Source: Octopus sinensis
Taxonomy: Eukaryota
NCBI RefSeq assembly: GCF_006345805.1
Contig: NC_043021.1
Location: forward strand, 27,528,001 to 27,592,000
DNA length: 64,000 nucleotides
Reading direction: 5' to 3'
A program made the position numbers and the translations under genes. Shown here piece after piece: positions 35,625-48,350 of this stretch (the first letter of the stretch is position 1; each line of letters begins with the position of its first letter). The notes beneath the pieces are model-generated. The model was given only the letters and a program-made list of their open reading frames with translations. It was not told the origin of the DNA and ran no database searches.

Positions 35625-36439
35625 CCCTCTATTCACATGAAGCAGATAACAATGATGGCTGCGACAAAGAGAATGGCTGACGAAGAATGCAAGGAGACAC
35701 GTCTGCACCTGAGACGTCAACTGAACTTAAGTAATGCATTTTCCTGGCACTAATTATCGTGGGCCGTTTACAAAAGACTGATACAAAAACATCAGGGGAA
35801 GCGGACAAATGCTGAAAAATACACAACATAAATACAGCAAAGAAATGAGTACGTAATAAAGGACAATCAACAATTAGAATACTAACGAAATACATTAACA
35901 ATATCTTAAATAACAAAATAGTATTAAACGCAGACGACAAGCTCTGCTACATGAGAGACCACGGAGCAAAGAGCAAAGTAAAACAGCTCACGAAAGCTAG
36001 ATTAGGCGATACACCTTGCGGGAGTTCGGATCCAGTGACAATAACATGAGGTGCTTGAGATCCTCAGGCAGAGAGAAGTATGAATGGTAACAACGAACGA
36101 CCGGCCGTCAGAAGTGGGAGACTTAAATGCAAATTGTCAAACTGTTGTCAAACAGTGAACCCGGATCCCTATTTTTGGAATATTTTGAATTTAGTTTTCT
36201 CATACCTTTTCCTCCGTTTGCATTTATTCCATATTTTGCATTGCTCAAAGTTTTTTTTAAATAATTACATCCTTTTAATGCAATAATTTGAGATTTTCTG
36301 ATCTATTTGCTCAGAGAATCCAACAGCTGGGAAAAGCATTTCGTTCCGAAATGTAGGTAAGAGACAACTGTACAAAACACTGCAGGGCCTTTGGGTTTTG
36401 TGGAAAATTTGAGGGTTCGATGCGATTTATGTAATTTTT

Positions 36440-36805
36440 TTTTTACTTGTTTCAGTCATTGGACAACCGCCATGCCGTAGTAGCGCCTTAAAGGTTTTAG
36501 TCGAACAAACTGAGCCTAGTATTTGTTTCCAAATCTGGTATCTGTTGTGTCGGTTGCTTTTGCTGAACCTCTAACCTACACGAACATAAACAAACAAGCA
36601 CAGGTTGTCAAGCGGGGGACAAACACCAACCTACACATATATGAACGATGCGCTTGTACACAGTGTCTCTTGATCTTATGCTTTCATAAAGCATTGGTCA
36701 CCCGAGGGCTATAGGCAGAGAATATTTCCTTACGGTACCGTGAATTTGGACAGAAGTGAGACGGAACTGGAAACCATGTGATTGGGAAGCAAACTACTTA
36801 CCCAA
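36440..36805 (-). mobile_element. Degraded SINE family A
   Basis: ttacttgtttcagtcattggac..ttgctgaacctctaacc..ggtcacccgagggctataggc..catgtgattgggaagcaaactactta. Confidence 0.7.
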
Positions 36806-38689
36806 CGACCAACGGTGTCTTTTAATGAATTTGCCAAAATTTATTGTATAAAGAATGATGTTCTCTACTTTCAAAAACTTAATTTATTATGTGGTACGTA
36901 TGAGAATGAATTCTCTCACAAAATAAATTTTTTTCATTTAATGTTTATTCAAAGTCAATGTGACGGTTGTTAACAAAATAAAAGCACGGATTCTTCAAAT
37001 CTAAAACAAAATTACATTATGTTTTCAGGTGATAGTATAATCGAACCCCCACCAGTCTAGAATATTCGTGTCTTACGTATTAAACGAACAAATTATTTGA
37101 AACAGAAGATTTCAACCTATATAATTTAGGACTGGTTAAAAATTCAAACACTGCCGGTTCATAACATACTTTAACGACACTTAGAAGATTCCATAACACA
37201 AGCATAAATACAAACCAACATAAAACCGTTTAAAGGTCTCAAGATAAAATCATGTGATTTCGAATTAAGTGACATAGCACTCCTCCCAGACTAACTAAAT
37301 AATTTTTAAAATGCAACAGTAAAATAAACAGTAGTTCCTTGTATAATATAACACTTACTCGCATATTTGTCTCAGTCTGATGGATAACACGCAGGGAGTA
37401 AATAATATCTACTGATTTTTGATAAAGAAACGAAAGATTTTCCAATTATCCCAGAGTTATCATTCTTAGGATCAGGTACTGAGGAGGGTTAAAGGGTAAA
37501 GATGTTGAAATGTATCTACCTGTTCATAGAGAACGTTTTTTTTGTTCATAGCTAGGATTTTTCTCCACAACAAACAGGCCTGAAAAACATTTACAATAAG
37601 TCCCAAATATATTTGAAATGAGATTAAGTTTCATTTTCTGTCATTGCTTCGTGCACACGACGCACGCACACACATGCACAAAGCACGCATGCACATACTC
37701 ACACAAACATGCACGCACGCACTTGCATACCCACATACAGAATACGTACATACATGCATGAATATACACACACAAACACTCACACATGAGCTGGCTTCAA
37801 CAGTTTCTCTGTTTAACAAATTTCGCTAATAAAGTTATAAGTGAATCCTAGCGTTAAAGACTCTTATTAGATATGCTGCGCTGTGGGATCGAACCCGAAA
37901 GCAGACAGTTGCGAAGTGAAGCTCTCAACTTCACAACCATTTCAGTCGGTAGCTTCGATAACGAGAAGAGGATATTACGACTTTTAGAGGGAACCACCAT
38001 TATCACTTGTGTTGTAGAAGCAGCAGCAGCAGTAGTAGTAGTAGTAGTAGCAGCAGCAGCAGCAACAGCAGCGTTTTAATTTTCAGAGTAACAAAAATAT
38101 TTAATGGTCTATTAATGCTAAAAGCTAATTAGTAATAAATGATTAGTGCATCGTTATTCATATCTAAGTCTTTACAAACTAATTTAGCCATTTTGTTAAT
38201 GTTCTTTGCATTAAATGCGTTCACAGCAAATTACTTCAAAACATTATTGTTATTACAAAATTCACAATACAGAGATATTTATTTTATCGACCCAAAAGGA
38301 AGGAAGGAGGAAATGTAATATATCCGGTTCACTCGTGATATGTTATGTCATCCGATCCCCACCGAGTGTATACAACTGTGACCATGGGGTTAATAATTTC
38401 GATTCACTGTCATATGGTTCCAAGATCGGTTCGATGCTCGAGCTCTCGTTTCGAAAACTTTGGGTAAATGTCCGAAGCCCGAAGCCGTGTCGGTGAAACG
38501 GGTAGACCTAAATTCTGCAGTAGCCTGTTTTCGGGTAGATTTAACCCGTCATCTCTTTTAACACCCCCACATGTCTGTCTGCCTTTCTCTTGGGTGTTCT
38601 TAATGAAGTGACTCGCAAACTATATGACTTCAAATGGGGGTCGAATTGGATAAATCTTTGTGTCATTTGTCAAACTGAAGTAAGTACTG

Positions 38690-38865
38690 TCCCGAATCCT
38701 AGGAATTAGTAAGGTCGGTTCCTCCGTTTCTATGGAGTATAAATGATAAAGCTCATGACATTCCGGTCCTTTACGGTTATTAATTTTTACCGACTGAGTG
38801 GACTTGAGCAAATGTGAAATGAAGCGTTTTGCTCAAGAACACGATGCACAGCCCGGTCCAGGATT
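38690..38865 (-). mobile_element. Old CORE-like SINE (family C) fragment
   Basis: The minus strand reads cctggaccgggctgtgcatcgtgttcttgagcaaaacgcttcatttcacatttgctcaagtccactcag. Confidence 0.5.
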
Positions 38866-39413
38866 AAATAATACAATCAATGTTAGAGATAATCGTTTTT
38901 AATCATTATTCTTTTATTCTTACACCTTATAGTATAAGTGGCTCGCAAGCAATTAAAAGCCAAAAACGAATTGATAAACAAAGGGTGAAAAATAGCACCA
39001 GCGATTGCTACAAATGAGAATCAAAATTCACTTTAAAAGCCACAAAAAACACTAATCCCGTTACATTTACGGGAAGCGGACACAGCAAACTAAATGACCT
39101 TCCCCTTGTGAGATGAAATCACAAAAAGAAATAGTAGGACAAAGCTATATCACGTGATTTCGAAATTTAACCAGTAAGGTCTTGTTTCTCTTCAGAAGCA
39201 TCTACCCAGGGTTAAAGAGATAGCTTGCCTTGTTCATGAGAACAGAAATCCGTTGATAAGCAACGTATTTAATATATCGTAACATATTAATATATCATTA
39301 TAGTATCTTTTTGTATTGATAATATACACTTTAATCGTTTAAATTTTGGCGCTTGCTTATCAACGGTTTTCTATTCTCATGAACTATTACGAGGCAATAT
39401 TTATATGTGTGTG

Positions 39414-39570
39414 TACGACGGGCTTCTTTCAGTTTCCCTCAACCAAATCCACAAATCCGGCTTACGTCGGTCCGAGGCTATAGTAGAAGACACTGGTTCA
39501 ATGAATGAGGATTGAACTCGGAACCATGAAGCAGGAAAGCAAGATTCTTACCACACAGCCACGCTGCAGC
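39414..39570 (-). mobile_element. SINE family A 5' half
   Basis: acgacgggcttctttcagtttcc..gtcggtccgaggctatagtagaagacac..ttaccacacagccac. Confidence 0.8.
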
Positions 39571-40563
39571 ATTATCTTCAATTAGTTTTTTTTTATATAA
39601 TGTTCGGATACTGCCAGGAAAGATAAATGAAGTTGACTTTCGAACGCACGAAATTTTCCCTCGTATATTTGCTAATATATTTGCCATTATATCGGTTTTA
39701 TGCCACGTTATTATTGTATTTGAATTTCATTTGCTCTTTTAAAATAAATTAAAACGGGAAGGAAAATAAAACGAGATTACTTATTGTATTATTCTGTCGT
39801 AAACTAAATTGAAATGAAATAGCTGCCGGAGTGGCTTAATTGATTAATATATGTAAACATTAGCTTCCGGTTTCATTAGGAAATATAATTGATTGTGATC
39901 TGTGGAAAGATTTTGCTATTGTTTCTAGCAGCCCACTCTTTCTGGGCGATCATGTTGAGATACGTTTACTGGTTGCTGCTGTGGTTGTTTTGGCTCCGAG
40001 TTATTATTGTTTGAGCAGATAGAGCCATGACCAAAGGTGCTTACGTCATGACCCTGTTCTCTTTGGACGGTGATTCTGGAATTAACTGAACGAACGAGTC
40101 ATTCATTTTGTTTTTGTTTATTTGAAGATGTAGAGAGAAGAGGGAAGAGAAGAGAGAGGGAGAATAAATATATATACAGGTAGAGATAAAAAGAGTGAGA
40201 GAGAGAAAAAGAGAAAGTAAGAGAAAGAGTTACACAATTAGATGCAGAGGGAGAGAGAATTAGAAAGAGAGAATGGGAGAGATGGGTAAAAAAAGAGGAA
40301 ATCAGAGCCAGTGTGCCAATGTGTAGAATGTGTGTGTGTGTGTAAGTGTGCGTATGTGTCTTTGTAAATGTTCTTAACTGTAAATCACGAAGAGGATTTA
40401 TTGGATTGTAGAGAGGCTGGTTAATGTGTAGCGCTAAGGAATCTCTGACAGAGCAGACCATGGTCCAAAAGACATTCCGGTCATGACAACCCTGTCTTCT
40501 GAGTGGATTTGGTAGACGGAAACTGAAAGAGGTCCGTTGTATATATATATATATATATATATA

Positions 40564-40979
40564 TTAATAGTTATCGCCATACTAATATGGCATTCTTAAA
40601 AATAAGAATAAAGCTGTCGCTGATTAGCTCCATGAAGCCATCGCCTCAAGCTAGCTACTTGACACACAAACTGCGTCCGTTATTAAACCTTCGAACAGGT
40701 CTGTCTACGCTGCATTGAGAAGGGGCAACAACCCTGAAACATGTCTGTAGCTGTCGGACTAGCAGGTTGAAGCGGCTGACCTCCCCTGTTCGAAGGTTTA
40801 ATAACGGACGCAGTTTGTGTGTCAAGTAGCTAGCTTGAGGCGATGGCTTCATGGAGCTAATCAGCGACAGCTTTATTCTTATTTTTAAGAATGCCATATT
40901 AGTGTGGCGATAACTATTAATTTCCAGAAAGGCTGTCGTAATCTCTTTTAAAGAGACTTAGTAATTTTAATTATTCTAT

Positions 40980-40980
<1 letters not shown>
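40564..40980 (+). mobile_element. Foldback miniature Penelope-like element inside (TA)n
   Basis: 136-bp arms 40564-40699 / 40785-40920 (1 mismatch seen) around an 85-bp spacer containing a hammerhead. Same family as 3881-4465. Confidence 0.8.
40709..40751 (+). ncRNA. Minimal type I hammerhead, U3-A8 core variant
   Basis: gctgca-TTGAGAA-gggg-caacaa-ccct-GAAA-c-at-gtc-tgtagc: 6-bp stem I, 4-bp stem II, palindromic ACATGT stem III, GUC triplet. Confidence 0.65.
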
Positions 40981-41018
<38 letters not shown>

Positions 41019-41040
41019 TATATATATATATATATATATA

Positions 41041-41280
41041 ATACTTTATTTAAAAGCAGCAGAAAATTCAACAAAACCTGTTACTCTGATTTTCACGTTC
41101 CCGTTCGGCGGACAGTTTTTTCGAGCAAAAACTGTCCGACGAACGGGAACGTGAAACTCAGAGTAACAGAGTTTGTTGAATTTTCTGCTGCTTTTAAATA
41201 AAGTATATTACTCTACGACTGGTATTTGAGTACTCTTTTTTCCTCCTTGTTTCACATTTATGTGTTTACTCACTCCGTAT
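41041..41280 (+). mobile_element. Palindromic mini-element (~80-bp arms 41041-41120 / 41127-41206) with hammerhead-like motif 41132-41169
   Basis: The right arm reads ctgt-CCGACGA-acg-ggaa-cgt-GAAA-ctc-a-gag-ta-acag. Flanked by (TA)n. Confidence 0.65.
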
Positions 41281-41288
41281 ATATATAT

Positions 41289-41331
<43 letters not shown>

Positions 41332-41348
41332 TATATATATATATAATA

Positions 41349-41512
41349 TGGCGTAGGAGTGGCTGTTTGGTAAGTAGCTTGTTGAACCACATGGTTCCAG
41401 ATTCCACTCCTACTGCATGGCACCTTGGGCAAGTGTCTTCTACTATAGCCTCGGGCCGACCAAAGCCTTGTTAGTGGATTTGGTAGACGGAAACTGAAAG
41501 AAGCCCGTCGTA
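41349..41512 (+). mobile_element. SINE family A 5' half (uninterrupted head)
   Basis: ggcgtaggagtggctgtttggtaagtagcttg..ggcaccttgggcaagtgtcttctactatagcctcgggccgaccaaagcc. Confidence 0.85.
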
Positions 41513-41805
41513 TATATGTATATGTATATATATGTATGTATGTATATATATAGTCAGAAAATACAGTGTACATTTAAACAGACGAGGAATCCACTCATGG
41601 GATTCAACACGCTAGAAAGAACAGCTAGGTTCTATAACCACAAAATTAGGGATACAATTCGACAGGACCGAAATGAAAAAATAAAAACATTTTACCATAC
41701 TAAAAGAGTAAAAGAGTTTTTGTGTGTGCGTAATAATGAAGTCCAAGTAAATAATATTTGGTTTGACTTCATTATTTTGAGGCCTGAGCAACGATGCATT
41801 TGGTT

Positions 41806-41844
<39 letters not shown>

Positions 41845-42112
41845 CTTTCTCAGAACAAGGACATTTCTCCAAATATCCAAAGAATTATAATTCCATTCAT
41901 CCTGCTGAACCGTATTTTATTTCCGTGCTCATCAGCGATATCTTACCGATTAGCTTTAACCGACACAAACCACAAGTCTTGTCTTCCATATCACCAGTAT
42001 TCTTGTCTTCCATATCTTTCAACCTTTAGGAATTGATGATTGTGTGTCACTGACCTTCACACCAAACAATATCTTTTCTGCGTTTTTAAATACCAAGACA
42101 ATTATTCGTTTG

Positions 42113-42172
<60 letters not shown>

Positions 42173-42552
42173 TGCTATATTGCTTATATTAGTATTTTAT
42201 CTGATTAGAAATCATTGAAATTATGACTTCGAGAAACAGCAATTATGTAATCAATTAAAAAATGAAATTATTTGTATTGTTACTATACTTCAAGTTCACA
42301 TAAACATATGTGTCTACGTATAAACACACACAAACACACACACACACCACACACACATATATATATATATAGATATATATTATATATATTGTGTGGTGTG
42401 TGTGTGTTTTTCACTATACTACTACATATATGTATATATGTGTTATGTATATGTAATATATATATATATATATATAATATATATATATATATATGTGTGT
42501 GTGTATGTATGTATATATCAGTACGTATATACATTATGTATATGTACACACA

Positions 42553-42606
<54 letters not shown>

Positions 42607-42683
42607 TAATATGTGTGTGTGTGTGTGTGTTTTTCACTTACTACATATATGTATATGTGTGTATGTATATGTATATATATATA

Positions 42684-42714
<31 letters not shown>

Positions 42715-42800
42715 GTGTGTGTGTGTATGTATGTATATATATCAGTACGTATATACCATTTATGTATATGTACACACATCACACACACACACACACACAC

Positions 42801-42847
<47 letters not shown>

Positions 42848-42859
42848 ACGTATATATGC

Positions 42860-42901
<42 letters not shown>

Positions 42902-43415
42902 ACATATGTATACGTATATATATATATATATATATTATACAGACTGACAGACAGATGGCTAGATTGGGACATACAAGCATCCGTACATAGATGTGTTTGT
43001 GTATGTGTGTATGTGTATTTGTATGTGTGTGTGTGTGTTTGTATGTGTGTGTGTGTGTGCGCGCATGTATGTGTGTGTTTTTAATTATAATTGTAATCAT
43101 TATTCTGTCTTTTACTCGATAGAAATAATTCAAACCTCATTTCCGCCGACCATCTTTAAAAGTAAATTAAGAAAATAAATTTTTATTATTTATTTTCATT
43201 AAAAAAAAATATAAAGAAACGGGACAAAAGGAAAAAACAATAAAAAAAATAACCCGAAAAGAAACGAGTCAACAAGAACAAGAACAAAGTCAACGACAAC
43301 AACAACAACAACAAGGCAAATATGATTTTTGTAAGAAATAAATTAGTTTTGTATGAAAGCATTATTCTGGTTGAATCTGAGTAGATTGTGTTGAGAAGCG
43401 CTTGGTTTGTGTGCA

Positions 43416-43473
<58 letters not shown>

Positions 43474-43544
43474 TGTATGTGTGTGTGTGTGTGTGTGTAT
43501 GTGTGCAAGGGAGAGAGAGAAGGAGAAAGAGAGGAAGAGAGAAG

Positions 43545-44107
43545 AGATTCTTTCACCCATTTCATTTTCGTCTCTCGAACAAACTTCTCTGTCTACCTCA
43601 CTGTGTCTCTCGAGCAAGCTTCTCCTTTCGTCTGTCTGTCTGTCTCTCTCTGTCTCTCTCTCTCTCCCTCTCTCTCCCTCTCTCTCTCTCTATCAATTTC
43701 TTTAGTGATTCTCTCCTTCTCGTATCTCTTTAACTGTTTCCCCAGCAATTCTCACTGACCGTTTCTCATGAGTCTTCTCTAACTCATGAGAGACGGTGAT
43801 AGAGAGAATGATAGAGAATTGCCATGGAGAGAGCGTATAAGAGAGAGAGAGAGAAAGAGAGAGAGAGTGAGAGAGAAAAGTGAGAGATATAGAAAAGACA
43901 GAAGAAGAAGAAGAGAAAGAAAAAAGAAAGACTGAAGGGATATGCAGTGAACAGAGCAGAGTGACAGTGGGAGAGAGAGAGAGAGTGAGAGAGAGAGATA
44001 GGGAGAGAGAGTAAGTGAGAGAGTTGAACAGAGAAAAGGAAGACGGGGACTGAGAGTGCAAGATAGAAAGACAGAGAAAGAAGGATGAAAACACAAGCAG
44101 AGAGAGA

Positions 44108-44138
<31 letters not shown>

Positions 44139-44336
44139 TTGCTAGAGAGACAAAGGGAGATGGAAAGATAGAATGACTAGAGAAGAGAAAGAGAAAGAGA
44201 GAAAGAGAGAGAGAAAGAGAAAGAGAGAGAGACAGACAGACAGTGAGAATTGCTAGGGAAACAGTTAGAGAGAGGTGAGTAGAAAAATTGTTAAACAGAC
44301 AGGAGAAGGAGAGAATCGGTAAAGAAATTGCTAGAA

Positions 44337-44376
<40 letters not shown>

Positions 44377-44465
44377 AGACAGACAGACAGACAGACGAAA
44401 GGAGAAGCTTGCTGGACAGACACAGTGAGATAGAGAGAGAAGTTTGTTCGAGAGACGAAAATGAA
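43545..44465. repeat. Diverged inverted duplication of CT/GA-rich sequence
   Basis: ttcattttcgtctctcgaacaaacttctct..gcaagcttctcctttcgtctgtctg at ~43560 is reverse-complemented at ~44390-44465. Inner hairpin accgtttctcatgag/ctcatgagagacggt at ~43758-43798. Confidence 0.7.
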
Positions 44466-44797
44466 GCGGGATGAAGAGAATGGGATATGGTTGCGGCTCC
44501 CATTTGAGAGGAGATTGTTTAGAAAACATGGGAGGGGGCGGGGGGGGGGGCGAAGAAAGCCAAAGAGCCACCCAGGGTGGTTGTAGTCTTTTTGTTGGTG
44601 TCGGAGTTGTGCCGGTATTGCCGTTGTGTATTCCGTGCACACAGAAATCCCATGGGGTGCCTCTATAGATTTTCTGAATGTCGAACTGATGGTAACAACA
44701 ACAAAAACTGCAACAACAACATCAGCAACATTTGTTAACAACTACACCATCAGTATGATACATCGTAAACATCAGCAACAACAGTAGCAACAACAGT

Positions 44798-45125
44798 GGA
44801 GGCGCAATGGCCCAGTGGTTAGGGCAGCGGACTCACGGTCGTAAGAACGCGGTTTCGATTCCCGGTCCGGACATGGTGTGTGTTTATTGAGCGAAAACAC
44901 CTAAAGCTCCACGAGGCTCCGGCAGGGGGTGTTGGCGACCCCTGTTGTACTCCTTCGCCCCAACTTTCTTTCACTCTTTCTTCCTGTTTCTTGTCCCCGA
45001 CTTCCTACGCAACCGCTGAGCCTGGATGCGCATTCAGCCATACCTCGATGCTCTCGGTGTCGGGGGTTGACCTGCTTTCTCTTCTGCGGGTCTTCCGAAT
45101 AGCAAAGGACCACGTTTCGGACTTC
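44798..45125 (+). mobile_element. SINE family D (tRNA-derived head)
   Basis: ggaggcgcaaTGGCCCAGTGGttagggcagcggactc..GGTTTCGATTCCC..tttattgagcgaaaacacctaaagctccacgaggctccggcagggg. Confidence 0.85.
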
Positions 45126-45987
45126 TCCCATCATGCGAGCTCTGGGACGAAGACCGTTCGCTCAACAGCAACATCAGTAGCAACGACTAATCTATGTGGT
45201 CGTACGATCTTCTAATAATAGCAGCTAAATATTTCTTGAGTTTCGGTTCACATTCTTAATATTTGAAACGCTGTATAACATAGTCATACAAGTGTCTTTA
45301 TACGCTTCACATTTTATTTGTCTCGGTCTTCGGACATTCCGTCCATCTTTACATTCTGAGTTCAAATTCCGCCGAGATCAACTTTGCCTTTTATTGTTTC
45401 GGGGTTCATAAAATGACGATCAGTTGGGTACCCTAACCCTAATCCTTAACTCCACCCCCAACTCCAGTGATTATTTTCGTGGTCTCGACGATCTGCGACT
45501 TCGGTCGTAAATCATATCATCACGAGTGAATTGGCAAAACAACGCACGTGACAGATCATAAAGAAGAGCTAAAGAACTCGAAATTACCAGACTAATTCCC
45601 TGTTAAAAGTGTTGGTCATTGGTATACCATTCGATATATATGGTGCGAGCAAAGTACTTCGAATAAGATGCAAAATATTTTGCTACGAAATATATTAAAA
45701 GAAATATTTTCAGCAGCTTTATAAGGTAAACATTTTCATTGCCGCACACGTAACGTACGTGTGTTGTTTAAACGCTAGGGTCTACGGTTTCTCGTACGGG
45801 GAAAAATCCTTTTGAAGACGTGTAGTATTATAAAGTTTTCTACTCGACATATTCTGTATCCAGATTTTCAAGTTGTACCTGAAGAAAAAGCGAGCGGAGA
45901 TGAAGAGGCCCCTCTGGGAATTTACTGATATATGGTTGAGATTGGAGATGATGGCTTATTCTTAATGTGTATTTGTGTCCCTAAGGC

Positions 45988-46205
45988 GGTGAAATGGCAG
46001 AAACGTTAGCCGCCGGGCAAAATGCTTAGCGGCATTTCGTCCGTCTTTATTTACTGAGCTCAAATTTTGCCGGGGTTCACGTTGCCTTTCATTCTTTCTG
46101 GGTCGATAAAATAAGTACTAGTTAAGTACGGGGGAGGTGGGAGATGCTAATCCACTTGGCCCCTACCTGAAAATTGCCGGCCTTGTGGCACAATTTGAAA
46201 CCAAT
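45988..46205 (+). mobile_element. SINE family B
   Basis: ggcggtgaaatggcagaaacgttagccgccgggcaaaatgcttagcgg..gggtcgataaaataagtac..aaattgccggccttgtggc. Confidence 0.8.
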
Positions 46206-47061
46206 GTGAACTTGTGTCTCACCTGTTGCGCCTACTCCGTCATGATATTGGAGTTTATCTAGATGTTCAAAATGTTTAGGTCGAGATTGGAAAGAGACGC
46301 TGATGGACAAATGTCTAAGGTACTAATTTTCATCTTCAGTTAAACATACTAGAGGAACTTGGGGGAACACCCCCCTCAACTATTCCACTTCTGTCTCTGA
46401 AAATTGAAACTACGACTAGACGTTCGAATTTCCAGTATCTTAACCCCCACTCCACGCACCATTACAATATTCACTCGTAGGCAGAATTAAAGGTTAGAAT
46501 ATGGTATTTGCCCTTACTCTTGTTAGTCACTCTAATCTTGAAACTGTAGAGGCGGGTTTTGATTCGTCTAACGTGGTTTTCCGCATACGTAGGGCTATGT
46601 TTCTTTCAATTTCTATATCTCATTGTATGTTTATACCGTTGTTTTTCTCGCGGCAATTTCTTATACCCGATACTGAAAAACACAAGCCTACACCATCTTT
46701 ATAATCTCAGTAAAATCCCTACATTCATCACGCAGGTGGCAAGTACATGAAAAGGGTTAGGAATAAATGTTAATACTTCTCATTAATTATATGCTGGCGA
46801 CATGACGTCATTTATAAGTAAATGATGTATATAGATCTACATATACATACATGCATATGTATATTTATATTTATATATGTATATATTTATATATATACAT
46901 ATGCATGTTTACATATACATATACAATATTTATATATATACATATATACTATGTATATATTTATATATATACATATGCATTATATGTTTATTATATATAT
47001 ATATATATTAATAATATATATATATATATATTTCATATGTTTTTATATATTTATATATATG

Positions 47062-47141
<80 letters not shown>

Positions 47142-47384
47142 ATATATGTTTATGTGTGTGTGTCACTTACAACAATGCCATATGTATATCAGGTGGCATA
47201 GCTGAAATTAAAACTTGTGTTGTACGAGGCAAGATTCGCTCTTCGTTCTGCCGTGTTAAATCTCATAACAGCTATGAATGCAAAAAACGAAATTAAATCT
47301 CGAGATGTTTATGATAGATATAATCTCACTGGAATTACGGATTTCTTGAAACACAGCTTTTAAAGTTTACCTACTGTCAGCAAC

Positions 47385-47646
47385 ACTTATCAGATTAAAT
47401 CGAATCAGTCATAATATTTCAACTCAAACACACACACGCACGCACACACACAGACACACACACACACAAAGACACACGTGCACACATGCAAGCACGCACA
47501 CACACAAAGACACACGTGCACACATGCAAGCACGCACACATACATACACACACACATATATATATATATTGTTTGTAAGTATGTATATATGTATGTATAT
47601 ATAAGTTTATGTATATATTGATGTATATATATTGATGTATATATAT

Positions 47647-47680
<34 letters not shown>

Positions 47681-47712
47681 CACATATGTATGTATATATA
47701 CATATTGTAATG

Positions 47713-47766
<54 letters not shown>

Positions 47767-47895
47767 GGGAAACCACTATGTGAGCACGCATATGCTAGAA
47801 ATAGATCCGCTACGGTCTCACACTAAGAAAATTTAATTAAATTAATATCTAATGTCTCGCCTTCATTTAAATTTAAAATCATATATGTATATATA

Positions 47896-47938
<43 letters not shown>

Positions 47939-47996
47939 GTGTGTTGTGTGTGTGTGTGTGTGTGTGTGTATATACATATGTGATTATATATATATG

Positions 47997-48037
<41 letters not shown>

Positions 48038-48056
48038 TATATTCATATATATATTC

Positions 48057-48090
<34 letters not shown>

Positions 48091-48350
48091 GCATCTATAT
48101 ATATATTATAATATTATATATATATATATCATCTATATATACATAAATTTATATACATACATATATATACATACTTACAAACATATATATATATGTGTGT
48201 GTGTATTAATGTGTGGTGCGTGCTTGCATGTGTGCACGTGTGTCTGTGTGTGTGTATGTATGTGTGTGTGTGTATGTGTGTGTGCGTGCGTGTGTGTGTG
48301 TGTGTGTTTGAGTTGAAATATTATGACTGATTCCATTTAATCTGCTAAGT
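47385..48350. repeat. Inverted duplication (arms ~47385-47700 and ~48060-48350) around a Penelope-type fragment at 47760-47880
   Basis: cagattaaat.gaatcagtcataatatttcaactcaaacac..cacgtgcacacatgcaagcacgc..tgtttgtaagtatg is reverse-complemented at 48165-48345. The centre attagagggaaaccactat.. resembles 4770. Confidence 0.75.

Noticed and set aside
43702-44640. 312-aa ORF
   Set aside because: It is mostly an (SL)n translation of GA/CT repeats and the inverted duplication, with no domain.
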